Origin: a virus
Taxonomy: Duplodnaviria > Caudoviricetes
IMG/VR virus record: IMGVR_UViG_3300024275_000017
Span: 1-41,337 of that record
Reading direction: 5' to 3' (one strand)
DNA: 41,337 nt
The notes under the pieces are model-generated. The model was not told the DNA's origin and did no database searches. It was given only the letters and a program-made list of their open reading frames with translations. Every line of letters begins with the position of its first letter. Position 1 is the stretch's first letter. Shown one piece after another: positions 1-8,960 of the stretch. The translations under genes were made by a program, and so were the position numbers.

Positions 1-13
1 CCACGAAGCCGAC
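1..13. repeat. Terminal direct repeat (assembly overlap of a circular or circularly permuted genome), copy 1
   Basis: CCACGAAGCCGAC at 1-13 is identical to 41325-41337. Confidence 0.9.
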
Positions 14-316
14 GACGACCCGGCGCACCTGCAGGAGCACATGCGCGGGGCAAGCCTTGCCAGCGATCCGCTCGGCTTGTTCAAGGCGCACATGGGCATG
101 CACATGATGCAGATGCAGAAAAAGCGCGAGATGCAGATGATGCAGCAGGCCCCGAAGCCGATGGGTATCCCCGGAGGTCCGGGCGGTGCCGGTCCCGGCG
201 TGGCCGGCGGACCTCGCCCCGGCGCGTTGCCTGCCCCCGACGGCGGGAGGCCAGCCCAAAACCCAGCCGGCGCGATTCCCCAAGATAGCATGCTGGGCGG
301 CGCGAGCCGCGGCTGA
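2..316 (+). CDS. Portal protein, C-terminal part (continues from 39430..41337 across the junction)
   Basis: Frame 2 (HEADDDPAHLQEHMRG...) continues the open frame at the window end (...EVQTHEAD). The Q/M/P/G-rich tail is typical of podovirus portals. Confidence 0.85.
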   Translation, partial: HEADDDPAHLQEHMRGASLASDPLGLFKAHMGMHMMQMQKKREMQMMQQAPKPMGIPGGPGGAGPGVAGGPRPGALPAPDGGRPAQNPAGAIPQDSMLGGASRG

Positions 317-1269
317 TGTCCTTCCCCCCGCTACCCACGCGGTTCGACTTCGACCGCCGGGTCGATCAGACCGTATCCTATGACCTGAACTGGCTGCTCG
401 ACGCCTTCAACTCGGGCGGGGCACAGGGTCCGCAGGGGGCTCAAGGGGCGCAAGGCGCTGCCGGGGCACAGGGCAGTCAGGGCGCGCAAGGAGTAACGGG
501 AGCGCAAGGTCTGCAAGGCATTGCCGGCGCCCAAGGTGCGCAGGGGTTCCAAGGCGCGACCGGAGCGCAGGGTGCTCAAGGAACGGCGGGCACGCAAGGA
601 TCGCAGGGTACGCAGGGTACGCAGGGAATTCAGGGAGCGCAAGGAAGCCAAGGAAGTGCCGGGGCGCAGGGAAGTCAGGGGGCGCAGGGCGCTCAGGGTA
701 GCCAAGGCACGCAAGGAACACAGGGAAGTCAAGGCGCACAGGGCGCGCAAGGCGCATCCGGCGCGAGCGGCGTCGGTGATTTCGTGCGCCTGTCGCAGCA
801 AGTTGCCAGCGGCTCGCCGGCCACCCTTCATTTCGCCACCATCAGCGGCGCCTACAGCCAGTTGAAACTCGTGCTTTGGGGGCGGCAGACCTCGGGGGAC
901 GCGTCGGGCGTGTTCTGCAAGATCAATTCGGATACAACCGCTGGCAACTACGTGTCCAACATCTTCATGCAAAGCACGGGCTCGGGCACCGATACGCCGG
1001 GAACTGACGGCGCGGTCATTGGCATTCTTCCGGGCTCAGGCACCAACGCTAACGCCATCGGCTGCATTGAGGCGCTGTTTCCTATGTATTCCAATACCGC
1101 CTTTCGCAAGCCGGTGATCGCGCATTCCTATCAGGTCTACAGCAGCGCCTTGCTGCGCTACGAAGGCTTTGACTGGATTTCCACCGCGGCGATCACCGAC
1201 ATCGTGTTGACCGCCATCGCCGGGGCCTTTACCGATGGCACCACCGCCACGCTATACGGTATGACATGA
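316..1269 (+). CDS. Collagen-like fibre protein with C-terminal beta-rich domain
   Basis: About 39 uninterrupted G-X-Y triplets (mostly G-X-Q), followed by a ~160-aa beta-strand-rich tip. Confidence 0.8.
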   Translation: MSFPPLPTRFDFDRRVDQTVSYDLNWLLDAFNSGGAQGPQGAQGAQGAAGAQGSQGAQGVTGAQGLQGIAGAQGAQGFQGATGAQGAQGTAGTQGSQGTQGTQGIQGAQGSQGSAGAQGSQGAQGAQGSQGTQGTQGSQGAQGAQGASGASGVGDFVRLSQQVASGSPATLHFATISGAYSQLKLVLWGRQTSGDASGVFCKINSDTTAGNYVSNIFMQSTGSGTDTPGTDGAVIGILPGSGTNANAIGCIEALFPMYSNTAFRKPVIAHSYQVYSSALLRYEGFDWISTAAITDIVLTAIAGAFTDGTTATLYGMT

Positions 1270-1646
1270 CCTTTGCGTTGCCCATCCGCTTCGACGCCAA
1301 GGCGCAGCTCGCGCAGGCGCACGGCTTCGGCATGCGCCGCGGCTGGATCGGCGTGGGTGAGGGCTGGTACGAGTTGACCTCGCGCGAGCGCCATGCCGTG
1401 CTGCTGCACGAGGAAGCGCACCTGCGCGGCCACCACCTGCTATGGCGCCTGCTGCTGCTGCCTCTCATCTGGACGCCATGGGCCAAGGCGCTCGCGGTGC
1501 GGCAGGAACTTGAAGCCGACGCCTTTGCCGCCGAGCAGGGTTACGGCGTAGACTTGCTGCGCGTGATCAGGCGCTACCCCTCGGGACACTATTACCCGAC
1601 CAAGCATGAACGCATCACCCACCTCGAAGCCGCGATAGAAGGCTAG
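1266..1646 (+). CDS. Small M48/M56-like zinc metallopeptidase
   Basis: AVLLHEEAH (HExxH), hydrophobic segment, QELEADAFAA (third ligand, ExxAD) and C-terminal YPTKHERI resembling the HP..ERI motif. Confidence 0.75.
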   Translation: MTFALPIRFDAKAQLAQAHGFGMRRGWIGVGEGWYELTSRERHAVLLHEEAHLRGHHLLWRLLLLPLIWTPWAKALAVRQELEADAFAAEQGYGVDLLRVIRRYPSGHYYPTKHERITHLEAAIEG

Positions 1647-3119
1647 ATGATCATCCGCCTCCCACCTGGGCTCACGGCGAGCGCGTCGAGCGAATTCAGC
1701 CTCCAAGGGCTGATGAGCAACGCCAACGCCTACGCCGAGCAGGCGGTACAGGTGGTGACGGTCGACGGCATCAATCTCCTGACCGTAGCGCAGACGTTCG
1801 CCAAGAACGTGGTGCTCACCGCCGGGGCGAGCAACGACTTCACCGTCCAGTTGCCTGCCACGAGCAGGATTCTCGACGCGCTCGGCCCGACCATCCCGCG
1901 CGACGGCTCGTTCTGGTTCCCTTTCTACCTCGACAATCAGAACACGGGCTTCGCCTGCAACCTGATCGGGTTCGATGCCGACACCATCATCGACCCGGTC
2001 AACAACATCGTCAGCTCGGGCAACGCGAACAAGTGGATGGTCAACGTCGAGGCCGCGGTCAATGCCGCATCGCCCTTGCGATTGATCTTCTACAACGTGT
2101 TCGCCTCCGCGACCGGCGGCGGGGGTGGTCCGCAGGGACCGCAAGGGACTCAGGGGGCACAGGGCGCGCAGGGCACGCAAGGACCTCAAGGTGCGACCGG
2201 CACGGGAAGTCAAGGCGCTCAAGGTGCGCAGGGTGCGCAAGGCTCGCAGGGCGGCGGCACGAGTTCGCTGTGGTGGTACGGCAACGGCGAGGACGGCGCG
2301 GCGGTACTCGACGGGGTCAACACGTTCTCGTGGGCAACACTATCCGGCGGCGACACCTACACCATGACGCGCGGGGCGCTGCTGACCGATCTGACCGTCA
2401 ACAACGCCATTACGCTTAAGCCCGACGGCTTCCCCATCTTCTGCACCGGCACGCTCACCAACAACGGCGTCATCAGCCGCAACGGCCTCGATGCCGTCAC
2501 CGGGGACCCGAACACGCCCGATATGGCCGACGGTGTGTTTGGCGGCGCCACGGGCGAGCTCGGGGGTCAACCCGGGACTAATTCGGCGGATTCTCTTGGG
2601 GGTGCCGGTGGCGCTGGCGGCGCGAACGGTGCCGGCGCCGGCCAGGCGGGCGGCTTGGCAGTGCTGCCGGCGACCCTTGCTGGCGGACTGTCGGTGATCG
2701 GCTTCCTGCCCTGCATGCTGACGGGGAGGGCACTTAGCACTGCCTCTACGATTGGGCCAATCATTCAAGGTGGTGGTGGTGGCGGTTGCGGTCACGGCAC
2801 GGTCGCGGACCCGTTCAGCCTATCGCTCGGAGGTCAGGGCGGGGGCGTGCTCGGCATCTTCGCGTTCCTGACCGACGGAGCCGGCAGCGTCACTGCCGAC
2901 GGCGGCCGCGGGTCGGATTCTGGCTCGCCCTTCCCCGGCACGGGCGGCGGCGGCGGTGGCGGCGGCGGGGTCATCATCATCTTCTCGAGCAACCGCGACT
3001 GGTTCTCGAACTGGACGCTCTCCGTTTCCGGAGGCGCTGGCGGCAATCCAAGCCCGGGCAGCACCACGCCGCCCGATATGCCCGGCGACCCGGGTTCTCC
3101 CGGGCGTATCATCGGTTAA
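1647..3119 (+). CDS. Head fibre: decoration-like anchor, collagen stalk and glycine-rich tip
   Basis: N-terminal ~150 aa align with 6077..6526. G-X-Q repeats follow, then a poly-Gly-rich (GGGGG-GG-VI) domain. Confidence 0.7.
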   Translation: MIIRLPPGLTASASSEFSLQGLMSNANAYAEQAVQVVTVDGINLLTVAQTFAKNVVLTAGASNDFTVQLPATSRILDALGPTIPRDGSFWFPFYLDNQNTGFACNLIGFDADTIIDPVNNIVSSGNANKWMVNVEAAVNAASPLRLIFYNVFASATGGGGGPQGPQGTQGAQGAQGTQGPQGATGTGSQGAQGAQGAQGSQGGGTSSLWWYGNGEDGAAVLDGVNTFSWATLSGGDTYTMTRGALLTDLTVNNAITLKPDGFPIFCTGTLTNNGVISRNGLDAVTGDPNTPDMADGVFGGATGELGGQPGTNSADSLGGAGGAGGANGAGAGQAGGLAVLPATLAGGLSVIGFLPCMLTGRALSTASTIGPIIQGGGGGGCGHGTVADPFSLSLGGQGGGVLGIFAFLTDGAGSVTADGGRGSDSGSPFPGTGGGGGGGGGVIIIFSSNRDWFSNWTLSVSGGAGGNPSPGSTTPPDMPGDPGSPGRIIG

Positions 3120-3133
3120 ACAGGAGCTAGATC

Positions 3134-3451
3134 ATGGCCAAACGCGGCGAAGAAGTCGTCACCGGCACCCGGCGCCCGCTCGGGTATCAGCAGATCGCGA
3201 ACAACACGCTCGCTTCCGCGCAGAGTTTAACGCTGCCGACCCCGCCCACCGGGGCCTACGCCCTGTACGCTGTGATCCAGGCCAACGGGGGCACACTGCG
3301 CTGGCGCGACGACGGCACCGCCCCGACCGCCACGGTGGGCATGCTCATCCCCTCCGGGGGTGAACTGTGCTACGCCGGAGACTTGACCCAAATCCAGTTG
3401 ATCGACGGCGGCTCGGGCACCCCGATCGCCGACATCAGCGTCTATTACTAG
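3134..3451 (+). CDS. Small beta-sandwich virion protein
   Basis: AGGAG RBS. 105 aa of alternating beta strands with LRWRDDGTAPTATVG; sits among fibre genes. Confidence 0.6.
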   Translation: MAKRGEEVVTGTRRPLGYQQIANNTLASAQSLTLPTPPTGAYALYAVIQANGGTLRWRDDGTAPTATVGMLIPSGGELCYAGDLTQIQLIDGGSGTPIADISVYY

Positions 3452-3460
3452 AGGCGCGCC

Positions 3461-3718
3461 ATGATCCCGCTCATGTTCGAAGGCGACAACGTCAACAAGG
3501 ATAGCCTCGTCACCACCCTCAATGACCTGCAGGCGCAGATCACCGTCGCCGCCGCGGGCACTCAGGGACCGCAGGGCGACACTGGCGCCCAAGGTGCGAC
3601 GGGCGCTCAGGGCACTGCGGGGGCACAGGGTGCCGCCGGGGCGCAAGGCAGTTCGGGTGCGCAAGGAGCAACGGGGGCGCAGGGCGCCCAAGGAGCGCAA
3701 GGTGCCCAGGGTGCGTAG
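3461..3718 (+). CDS. Short collagen-like protein (coiled-coil N-terminus, no tip domain)
   Basis: LVTTLNDLQAQI heptads, then G-X-Y triplets running right up to the stop codon. Confidence 0.7.
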   Translation: MIPLMFEGDNVNKDSLVTTLNDLQAQITVAAAGTQGPQGDTGAQGATGAQGTAGAQGAAGAQGSSGAQGATGAQGAQGAQGAQGA

Positions 3719-3848
3719 CGACAAGCCCTCGCTGTGGTTCAGCGTGGGGCTGTGGTGGTGCGCGCGGGCAGGTGACGAGCGCTGCTACGGCATGACGTGG
3801 GCGCTCGACCTGGAAGAAGCGTGGCGACGCTGGGCGTGGAGACACTGA
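3711..3848 (+). CDS. Small Trp-rich hypothetical protein
   Basis: GTG-start 45-aa ORF that exactly fills the gap between two collagen genes. Confidence 0.35.
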   Translation: MRSDKPSLWFSVGLWWCARAGDERCYGMTWALDLEEAWRRWAWRH

Positions 3849-3849
3849 C

Positions 3850-4794
3850 ATGAGATTCGGCGATGTGGGGTTGTCGACCTTCCCCTTCGGGGCGACCGGG
3901 GCGACCGGGGCACAGGGTGCTGCAGGAGCGCAAGGAGCCACTGGGGCACAGGGCGCGGCCGGGGCACAGGGAAGCCAAGGTATCCAAGGCACACAGGGAA
4001 CCCAAGGGCCTCAAGGGTCGCAGGGCACTCAAGGCGTGCAGGGACCGCAAGGCGCCGGCATCGGCACCGTCACCGACGGCATCGTCACCGTCAATCCGGC
4101 CTCGACGCTCACCGTCCCGGCGGGCAGCCTCGCCGATGGCGGGAGCGGGAATGCGGTGCTGCAAACGGTGTGGCACAAGAACATCATCTCACCGGATTTT
4201 GCCGATTGGACTATCGGCACGTCGCCGACCGGAACGTGGTCGACCGCAGGCGGCGTGCTGTCGCAGACGGGCGCTACCGGCAATTCCGGAATTCAGTACA
4301 ACACGCCGGTTCCGTCGATCGAATATATTGTCGAAGCCGAGATTCGATTCCCGACGGGACAGGATGCCGGCACAACGATGCAGGCGGTCATTGCCGCAGG
4401 ATGCAACGACTTCATTGGCAATCAATCAGGACTGGCCGCCCCGGCCTTGGATGGCGCGCTCGGGGAAGGGGCGCAGTTGATAGGTGCGACGGCGGGGGAT
4501 GGAGCCGTCATCGGTGTCGCACTGATCGTTGACGCCTCGGCCATTCCGGTTAATCCTGGCATAGCAACTGCCATCGCGCAAGGCGAATGGCACAAACTGC
4601 GCGCAGTGGCCTCTCCGACGAGACAATTGGTCTACGTCGATGATGTCTATATCGGTTCCGGGGAAAACATAAGTGGCGGCAACGACGGGCCGATTGACGG
4701 CGTGCCCTTCTCCACCGATGTTGTCTGGCTCGGCGCGGTCGGCAAGGTCGATTTCCGCAACATCTTCGTGTGGACCCGTGTGCTTCCAACCTAA
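3850..4794 (+). CDS. Collagen-like fibre with C-terminal ConA/LamG-like lectin domain
   Basis: G-X-Q repeats, then DFADW...W...GGVL, EWHKLRAV, VYVDDV and VDFRNIFV, a pattern typical of ConA-like beta sandwiches. Confidence 0.7.
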   Translation: MRFGDVGLSTFPFGATGATGAQGAAGAQGATGAQGAAGAQGSQGIQGTQGTQGPQGSQGTQGVQGPQGAGIGTVTDGIVTVNPASTLTVPAGSLADGGSGNAVLQTVWHKNIISPDFADWTIGTSPTGTWSTAGGVLSQTGATGNSGIQYNTPVPSIEYIVEAEIRFPTGQDAGTTMQAVIAAGCNDFIGNQSGLAAPALDGALGEGAQLIGATAGDGAVIGVALIVDASAIPVNPGIATAIAQGEWHKLRAVASPTRQLVYVDDVYIGSGENISGGNDGPIDGVPFSTDVVWLGAVGKVDFRNIFVWTRVLPT

Positions 4795-4804
4795 AGGACC
4801 AACA

Positions 4805-5149
4805 ATGAAAACGCTCGTCGCCATCGCTCTCGTTCTGTTCGCCTCGCTCGCCTTTGCCCAACCGCCAACACTCGGCGCTGACTGCGGCGTTGGCGCGACC
4901 CTCACCGGCAACGAAAAAGCCGGCCACGTCATGCTCGGCGACATCACCGCGCAACCCAATGATCTGTGTACGCTGACCTTCGCCGCGCCGTTCGCCAAGA
5001 CCCCGACCTGCGCGGCGAGCAACGAAACCAACGGCGGCGGCTGGTCGGCTCCTCTGGGCACAATCAGCAGCAAGACGCAGGTCGTCATCGGCGGCGCGCA
5101 GTCGTGGTCGAGCGGCGATACGATCGCCTATCTGTGCGTCACGCCATGA
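4805..5149 (+). CDS. Secreted (signal peptide) Cys-containing beta protein
   Basis: AAGGA RBS, Sec signal MKTLVAIALVLFASLAFA|QP, four Cys. Confidence 0.65.
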   Translation: MKTLVAIALVLFASLAFAQPPTLGADCGVGATLTGNEKAGHVMLGDITAQPNDLCTLTFAAPFAKTPTCAASNETNGGGWSAPLGTISSKTQVVIGGAQSWSSGDTIAYLCVTP

Positions 5150-5183
5150 TCCCGAGCGCGACCGCCGACGGTTGGGCCAAGAG

Positions 5184-5195
5184 GTGAGCGCTCAC
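5184..5195. promoter_or_regulatory. Perfect palindrome GTGAGCGCTCAC (SlmA-box-like or operator-like)
   Basis: 12-bp palindrome in an intergenic gap, 20 nt upstream of TTGACA (5215-5220). Confidence 0.5.
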
Positions 5196-5274
5196 TATCA
5201 CCGATAGCCTGTGTTTGACAGCATCGCCACTGTGGTATCACACTAGCGCAACTCTACAGAGGAGGATGTCCCGA

Positions 5275-6072
5275 ATGAACCTGCGCCAGTATCTCTCCCT
5301 GCCCGTGGTGATGTCACCTCAGGCCAACGCTGGCCTCGTCTTCGCCGGCAACCTCCCCGACAATTCCAGCCTCGTTCAAATCCTCGCCCAGTTGTTCGCC
5401 AACTCCCAGTACGCCGGGGGCGGGGTCAACTTCGTCACGAGCTCCGGAACCTCGGCCACCATCACCGGCATGGGGAACTATCTGTACCAGTTCACCGCCG
5501 GCAGTGCGACCACCCTGACCTTCGACTACGCCTACAACATCGTCAACGCCCTGCCGCAGCCGGTGTTCAACGGGCAGAAGTTCCAGTTCCAGATTCAGAC
5601 CAACGCCAGCACCACCATCGCCACGCCGACCCTCTCGTCGTCCTCGGGCGGGGTGACGCTCGCCGGCGGGTCGACCGCGGTACTGGCGGCCTCGAGCCGC
5701 TGGTATCAGGGCCAGATCACGCAACTGACCTCCACCTCGGGCATCGCCACTACCGCCGGGACCACGTTCACCTCGCTGACCCGGGTTGGCAGCACCAACG
5801 CCTTCACGCTGGTCCTCGGGACCAACGCCATCGTCCCGGTCGAGGGGCAGGTGGTGTACCTGAACGTGACGGCGGGCACACTCCCCTCGGGCTGGTATCC
5901 GATCGCCAAGGTCACATCGGCGACCTCGATGGTCATCATGACCCCGAACTCGCAGGTGTGGACGATGACTGCCGGCACCATCGGCACCTCGACGGCGGCC
6001 CCGGCTACGTTCAGCCCGCTCGTGACCATCACCGGCCTGTGGGCGCTGGTCGTGTCCACCGCTTCGGTGTAA
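5275..6072 (+). CDS. Virion structural protein (head decoration/accessory, T/S-rich)
   Basis: GGAGG RBS 9 nt upstream. Beta-rich; lies upstream of scaffold and capsid; carries the QYLSLPVV leader motif. Confidence 0.6.
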   Translation: MNLRQYLSLPVVMSPQANAGLVFAGNLPDNSSLVQILAQLFANSQYAGGGVNFVTSSGTSATITGMGNYLYQFTAGSATTLTFDYAYNIVNALPQPVFNGQKFQFQIQTNASTTIATPTLSSSSGGVTLAGGSTAVLAASSRWYQGQITQLTSTSGIATTAGTTFTSLTRVGSTNAFTLVLGTNAIVPVEGQVVYLNVTAGTLPSGWYPIAKVTSATSMVIMTPNSQVWTMTAGTIGTSTAAPATFSPLVTITGLWALVVSTASV

Positions 6073-6076
6073 CGCC

Positions 6077-6526
6077 ATGCTGCAACCCATCGCTCCCGGC
6101 ATGACCGCGGACAAGCCCGCGCTCTTTTCGCTGATCGCCCTGCAGTCCAACGCCAACGCCTACTGCGGGCAGATGGTCGACGTGACCACCGCCGGCACCA
6201 ACTCGACGCTGACCGCCGCGCAGGCCATCGCCCGCGTGGTGCATCTTCTGTCCGGTGCCTCGGGCGGATTCACCGTCACGCTACCGTCGACCAAGGCGAT
6301 CATCGTGGCCCTCGGCCCGACCATCCCCACCGACGGCAGCTACGGGCAACCGTTCTCGCTCCTGAACGACGGCGTGGGCCAGACCGGGACGCTGACGGCG
6401 GGGGATGCAAGTACCACCATCACCGGCACGGCCACGGCGCTCACCGACACCCGGCGCGACTTCTTCCTGACCGTGACGAGTGCCACGACCATCACCATTC
6501 AGAACATGGGGAGTGCCGCGATATGA
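6077..6526 (+). CDS. Putative capsid decoration/cement protein
   Basis: 149 aa, T/G-rich, located in the head module, paralogous to the N-terminus of 1647..3119. Confidence 0.6.
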   Translation: MLQPIAPGMTADKPALFSLIALQSNANAYCGQMVDVTTAGTNSTLTAAQAIARVVHLLSGASGGFTVTLPSTKAIIVALGPTIPTDGSYGQPFSLLNDGVGQTGTLTAGDASTTITGTATALTDTRRDFFLTVTSATTITIQNMGSAAI

Positions 6527-6708
6527 GCCGACTCCGGTGGGCGCTGAATTTGTTCGAGCGCCCGGCATTGCGAGTGCCGACGGTCTTTTGCATGCCGCCG
6601 ATGACGAGTCCGCTGTGTGAGGGCGAAATCCCGCCCAACCAGAACGTTGCTATCGAGCATGTTTTCGGAACGGGCGACGAAAAGATCATCGAGGAACCGG
6701 ACAAATGA
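6523..6708 (+). CDS. Small hypothetical protein
   Basis: ATGA overlaps with both neighbours (translational coupling). Confidence 0.5.
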   Translation: MSRLRWALNLFERPALRVPTVFCMPPMTSPLCEGEIPPNQNVAIEHVFGTGDEKIIEEPDK

Positions 6709-7478
6709 AACTGTGGAAACTGCTGTTGGCGTTCCTGACTCTCGGTGCGGCCGAAGGCGAAGGCGCTGCGCCCGCTACGCCCGACCCTTCGACCGACGCC
6801 GGGACCGGCGATGACGACCTGTTCGGCGAGACGGGCGACGACTTGATCGACGCCGCTGAGGCGGGTGGTGGGGCACCCAAGGTCGAGGAGGAGGAGACCC
6901 CGGCGCTCAAGGAAGCCCGGCGCCGGGCACAGGACGCCGAGGAACGAGCCGAGCGGGCCGAACGGGCCGCCCGCGAGCGACCCGCGCCGACCGCTCCGAC
7001 CCCGACACGCGATCCGGACTACGAGCGCGAAGAACAGGAAATGGCGCAGGCCCGCGCCGCCGGGTCCACGCCCGAGCAGATCGCGTGGCTGCAGTGGAAG
7101 ATCGACAGCAACCGCAAGATGCGGGCAAGCGAGCGCACTTCGCAGTCGGCCCTGCAGGAGTCGCGCGAGATTGCCGACCGCACAGCGTTCGAGAAGCTGG
7201 AGCTCACCAAGCCGCAGGTCTACAAGCGCTACGCCGAGCGGGTAGAGGCGGCGGTCAACGACATGCGCGCCAAGGGTCAGGCCCCTGCGCCACGACTCGC
7301 GATCCTCCGATTGCTCATCGGCGACGACATCATGAACGGCAAGGTCAAGCCCAAGGCGAAAGCCGCCCCGGTCGAGCGTGGTCGCTCGCCCGTGATCCGC
7401 TCGGACACCCGTGGCGGCAAGGGCACGATGACCGAGCACGAAAAGCGCAAGCAGCGGTTGGCCAACATCCGTATCTGA
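6705..7478 (+). CDS. Capsid scaffolding protein
   Basis: Acidic N-region, coiled coil, basic C-terminal ...RLANIRI; directly upstream of the capsid gene. Confidence 0.75.
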   Translation: MKLWKLLLAFLTLGAAEGEGAAPATPDPSTDAGTGDDDLFGETGDDLIDAAEAGGGAPKVEEEETPALKEARRRAQDAEERAERAERAARERPAPTAPTPTRDPDYEREEQEMAQARAAGSTPEQIAWLQWKIDSNRKMRASERTSQSALQESREIADRTAFEKLELTKPQVYKRYAERVEAAVNDMRAKGQAPAPRLAILRLLIGDDIMNGKVKPKAKAAPVERGRSPVIRSDTRGGKGTMTEHEKRKQRLANIRI

Positions 7479-7495
7479 TCACCCCGGAGCCCACG

Positions 7496-8914
7496 ATGAA
7501 CAAGTATTGGAACACCCTGACCGCTTTTCTCTCGCTCGGCGTGGTCAACCTCTCCACCTCGGACAACCTGCAAGCGGACATCGTCCCCTACATTCAGGAG
7601 GAGGTCGAGCCGCTGGCACGCCGGCAACTCGTCGCCTACCAGTTCGGCAAGCCCCTGCATCTGGATGTCAACCGGGGACTGACCTACACCTGCACCCGGT
7701 TCGAGCGCCTGCCGCTGCCGTTCGCGCCGCTGCAGGAGGGAGTGGCTCCGGCGGGCGAGGCGATCAGCATCGTGCAGGTCAGCGCCACTGCCCAGCAATG
7801 GGGCGACAGCGTGACGCTCACCGATGTCGCGAACATCACGGTGTTTCATCCGCCGTTCCAGCAAGCGATCCAGTTGATCAGCCTGCAGATGCCGGAAACA
7901 CTCGAACGCAACACGCTCAATACCCTCATCGCCGCCAATCAGGTCAACTACGCCAACGGCCGGGCGAACCGTGCCGCGCTGGTCGCGACCGATGTCATGA
8001 GCCCGCACGAGGCGAACAAGATTTACGCCTCGCTGGTCGGCTACGGCGCCCCGCGCTTCAACGGCGACGAGCGCGAGGACATGATGATCGAGGCCGGTTC
8101 TTACCGCGATCCGTCGAAGTCCCCCGCGGTCATGCAGCATTATGTGGCGCTGATCAGCCCGTTCCCGGCGCAGGACATGCGCGAGAACAGCCAGGTCAAT
8201 ACCGCTTGGGCGTTCAGTGACATCAATCGCCTGTACAACAACGAACTCGGCCCCTACGGCGGGGTGCGCTACGTCGAAACGAACATGATGCCGTACTGGA
8301 CCGGCGTGGCGCTGGTCACGGGCACGCCATCGACCACCGGCGGCAATCTCGCAACCTCGGCGACCTACAACATCCAGGTCACGGCCTCCCCGTCGCAGAC
8401 CTCGGTCGAGCAGTACATCTATCAGGTCTCGGGCTCGATCAGCGTCACCGGCCCGACCGGCAGCATCAGCGTCACGCTGCCGACACTCCCCGGCTACGTG
8501 TTCAACGTCTACATCGGCACCACGTCCTCGCCGACGAACCTTGCCGTTACCGCCTCGGGTCCGACCACCGGCCCGCTAGCGGGGCAGGCGACCCAACTCG
8601 CGAGCGGGTCGACCGTGGTGCTGACCGGCATCGGGGTGGCGCAGACCCCGCCCGCGGCTCCGGCAACGGGCGTGACCGTGTTCCCGACCATCTTCATCGG
8701 CAACCACTCCTACGGGCAGGTGCTGCTCGAGAACCCCGAGTTCTTCTACCTCACCGGCCCGGACAAGAGCGACAAACTGAACCAGACCCGGGTGGTGAGC
8801 TGGAAGATGTTCTACGGCTCGATCCTGCTGAATCAAGCCTTCCTTGCCCGGGTGGAGTCGAGTTCGGCGTTCAGCCCGGGCTACACCGCGGGCACGATGG
8901 CCGCCAACTCCTAG
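7496..8914 (+). CDS. Major capsid protein, N4-gp56-like HK97 fold, with inserted T/S-rich domain
   Basis: LQEGVAP, QWGDSVTLTDV, NELGPYGGVRYVET and DKSDKLNQTRVVSWK motifs; GGAG RBS. The ORF-track extension from 7085 is spurious. Confidence 0.9.
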   Translation: MNKYWNTLTAFLSLGVVNLSTSDNLQADIVPYIQEEVEPLARRQLVAYQFGKPLHLDVNRGLTYTCTRFERLPLPFAPLQEGVAPAGEAISIVQVSATAQQWGDSVTLTDVANITVFHPPFQQAIQLISLQMPETLERNTLNTLIAANQVNYANGRANRAALVATDVMSPHEANKIYASLVGYGAPRFNGDEREDMMIEAGSYRDPSKSPAVMQHYVALISPFPAQDMRENSQVNTAWAFSDINRLYNNELGPYGGVRYVETNMMPYWTGVALVTGTPSTTGGNLATSATYNIQVTASPSQTSVEQYIYQVSGSISVTGPTGSISVTLPTLPGYVFNVYIGTTSSPTNLAVTASGPTTGPLAGQATQLASGSTVVLTGIGVAQTPPAAPATGVTVFPTIFIGNHSYGQVLLENPEFFYLTGPDKSDKLNQTRVVSWKMFYGSILLNQAFLARVESSSAFSPGYTAGTMAANS

Positions 8915-8960
8915 GTTCCGGTCCCTCCCGTTCCGGAATGCCTCTCCCCGGAGGCCGGCC

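Noticed and set aside
418-4055. 9-bp periodic repeats as CRISPR or VNTR
   Set aside because: They encode G-X-Q collagen with synonymous variation; there is no repeat-spacer structure and no cas gene.
3461-4794. Stop-codon readthrough joining the two collagen ORFs
   Set aside because: They are in different frames and I see no slippery site.
5184-5207. Vector contamination (symmetric lacO core; lambda operator-like TATCACCG)
   Set aside because: It lacks the AATT flanks and any other vector sequence, and related degenerate sites occur natively at 36.1-36.3 kb.
7085-7495. N-terminal extension of the capsid ORF (likewise 12807, 13502, 17830, 19476 and 20359 starts)
   Set aside because: They overlap upstream genes; RBS or coupled starts indicate 7496, 13044, 13877, 18301, 19647 and 20485.
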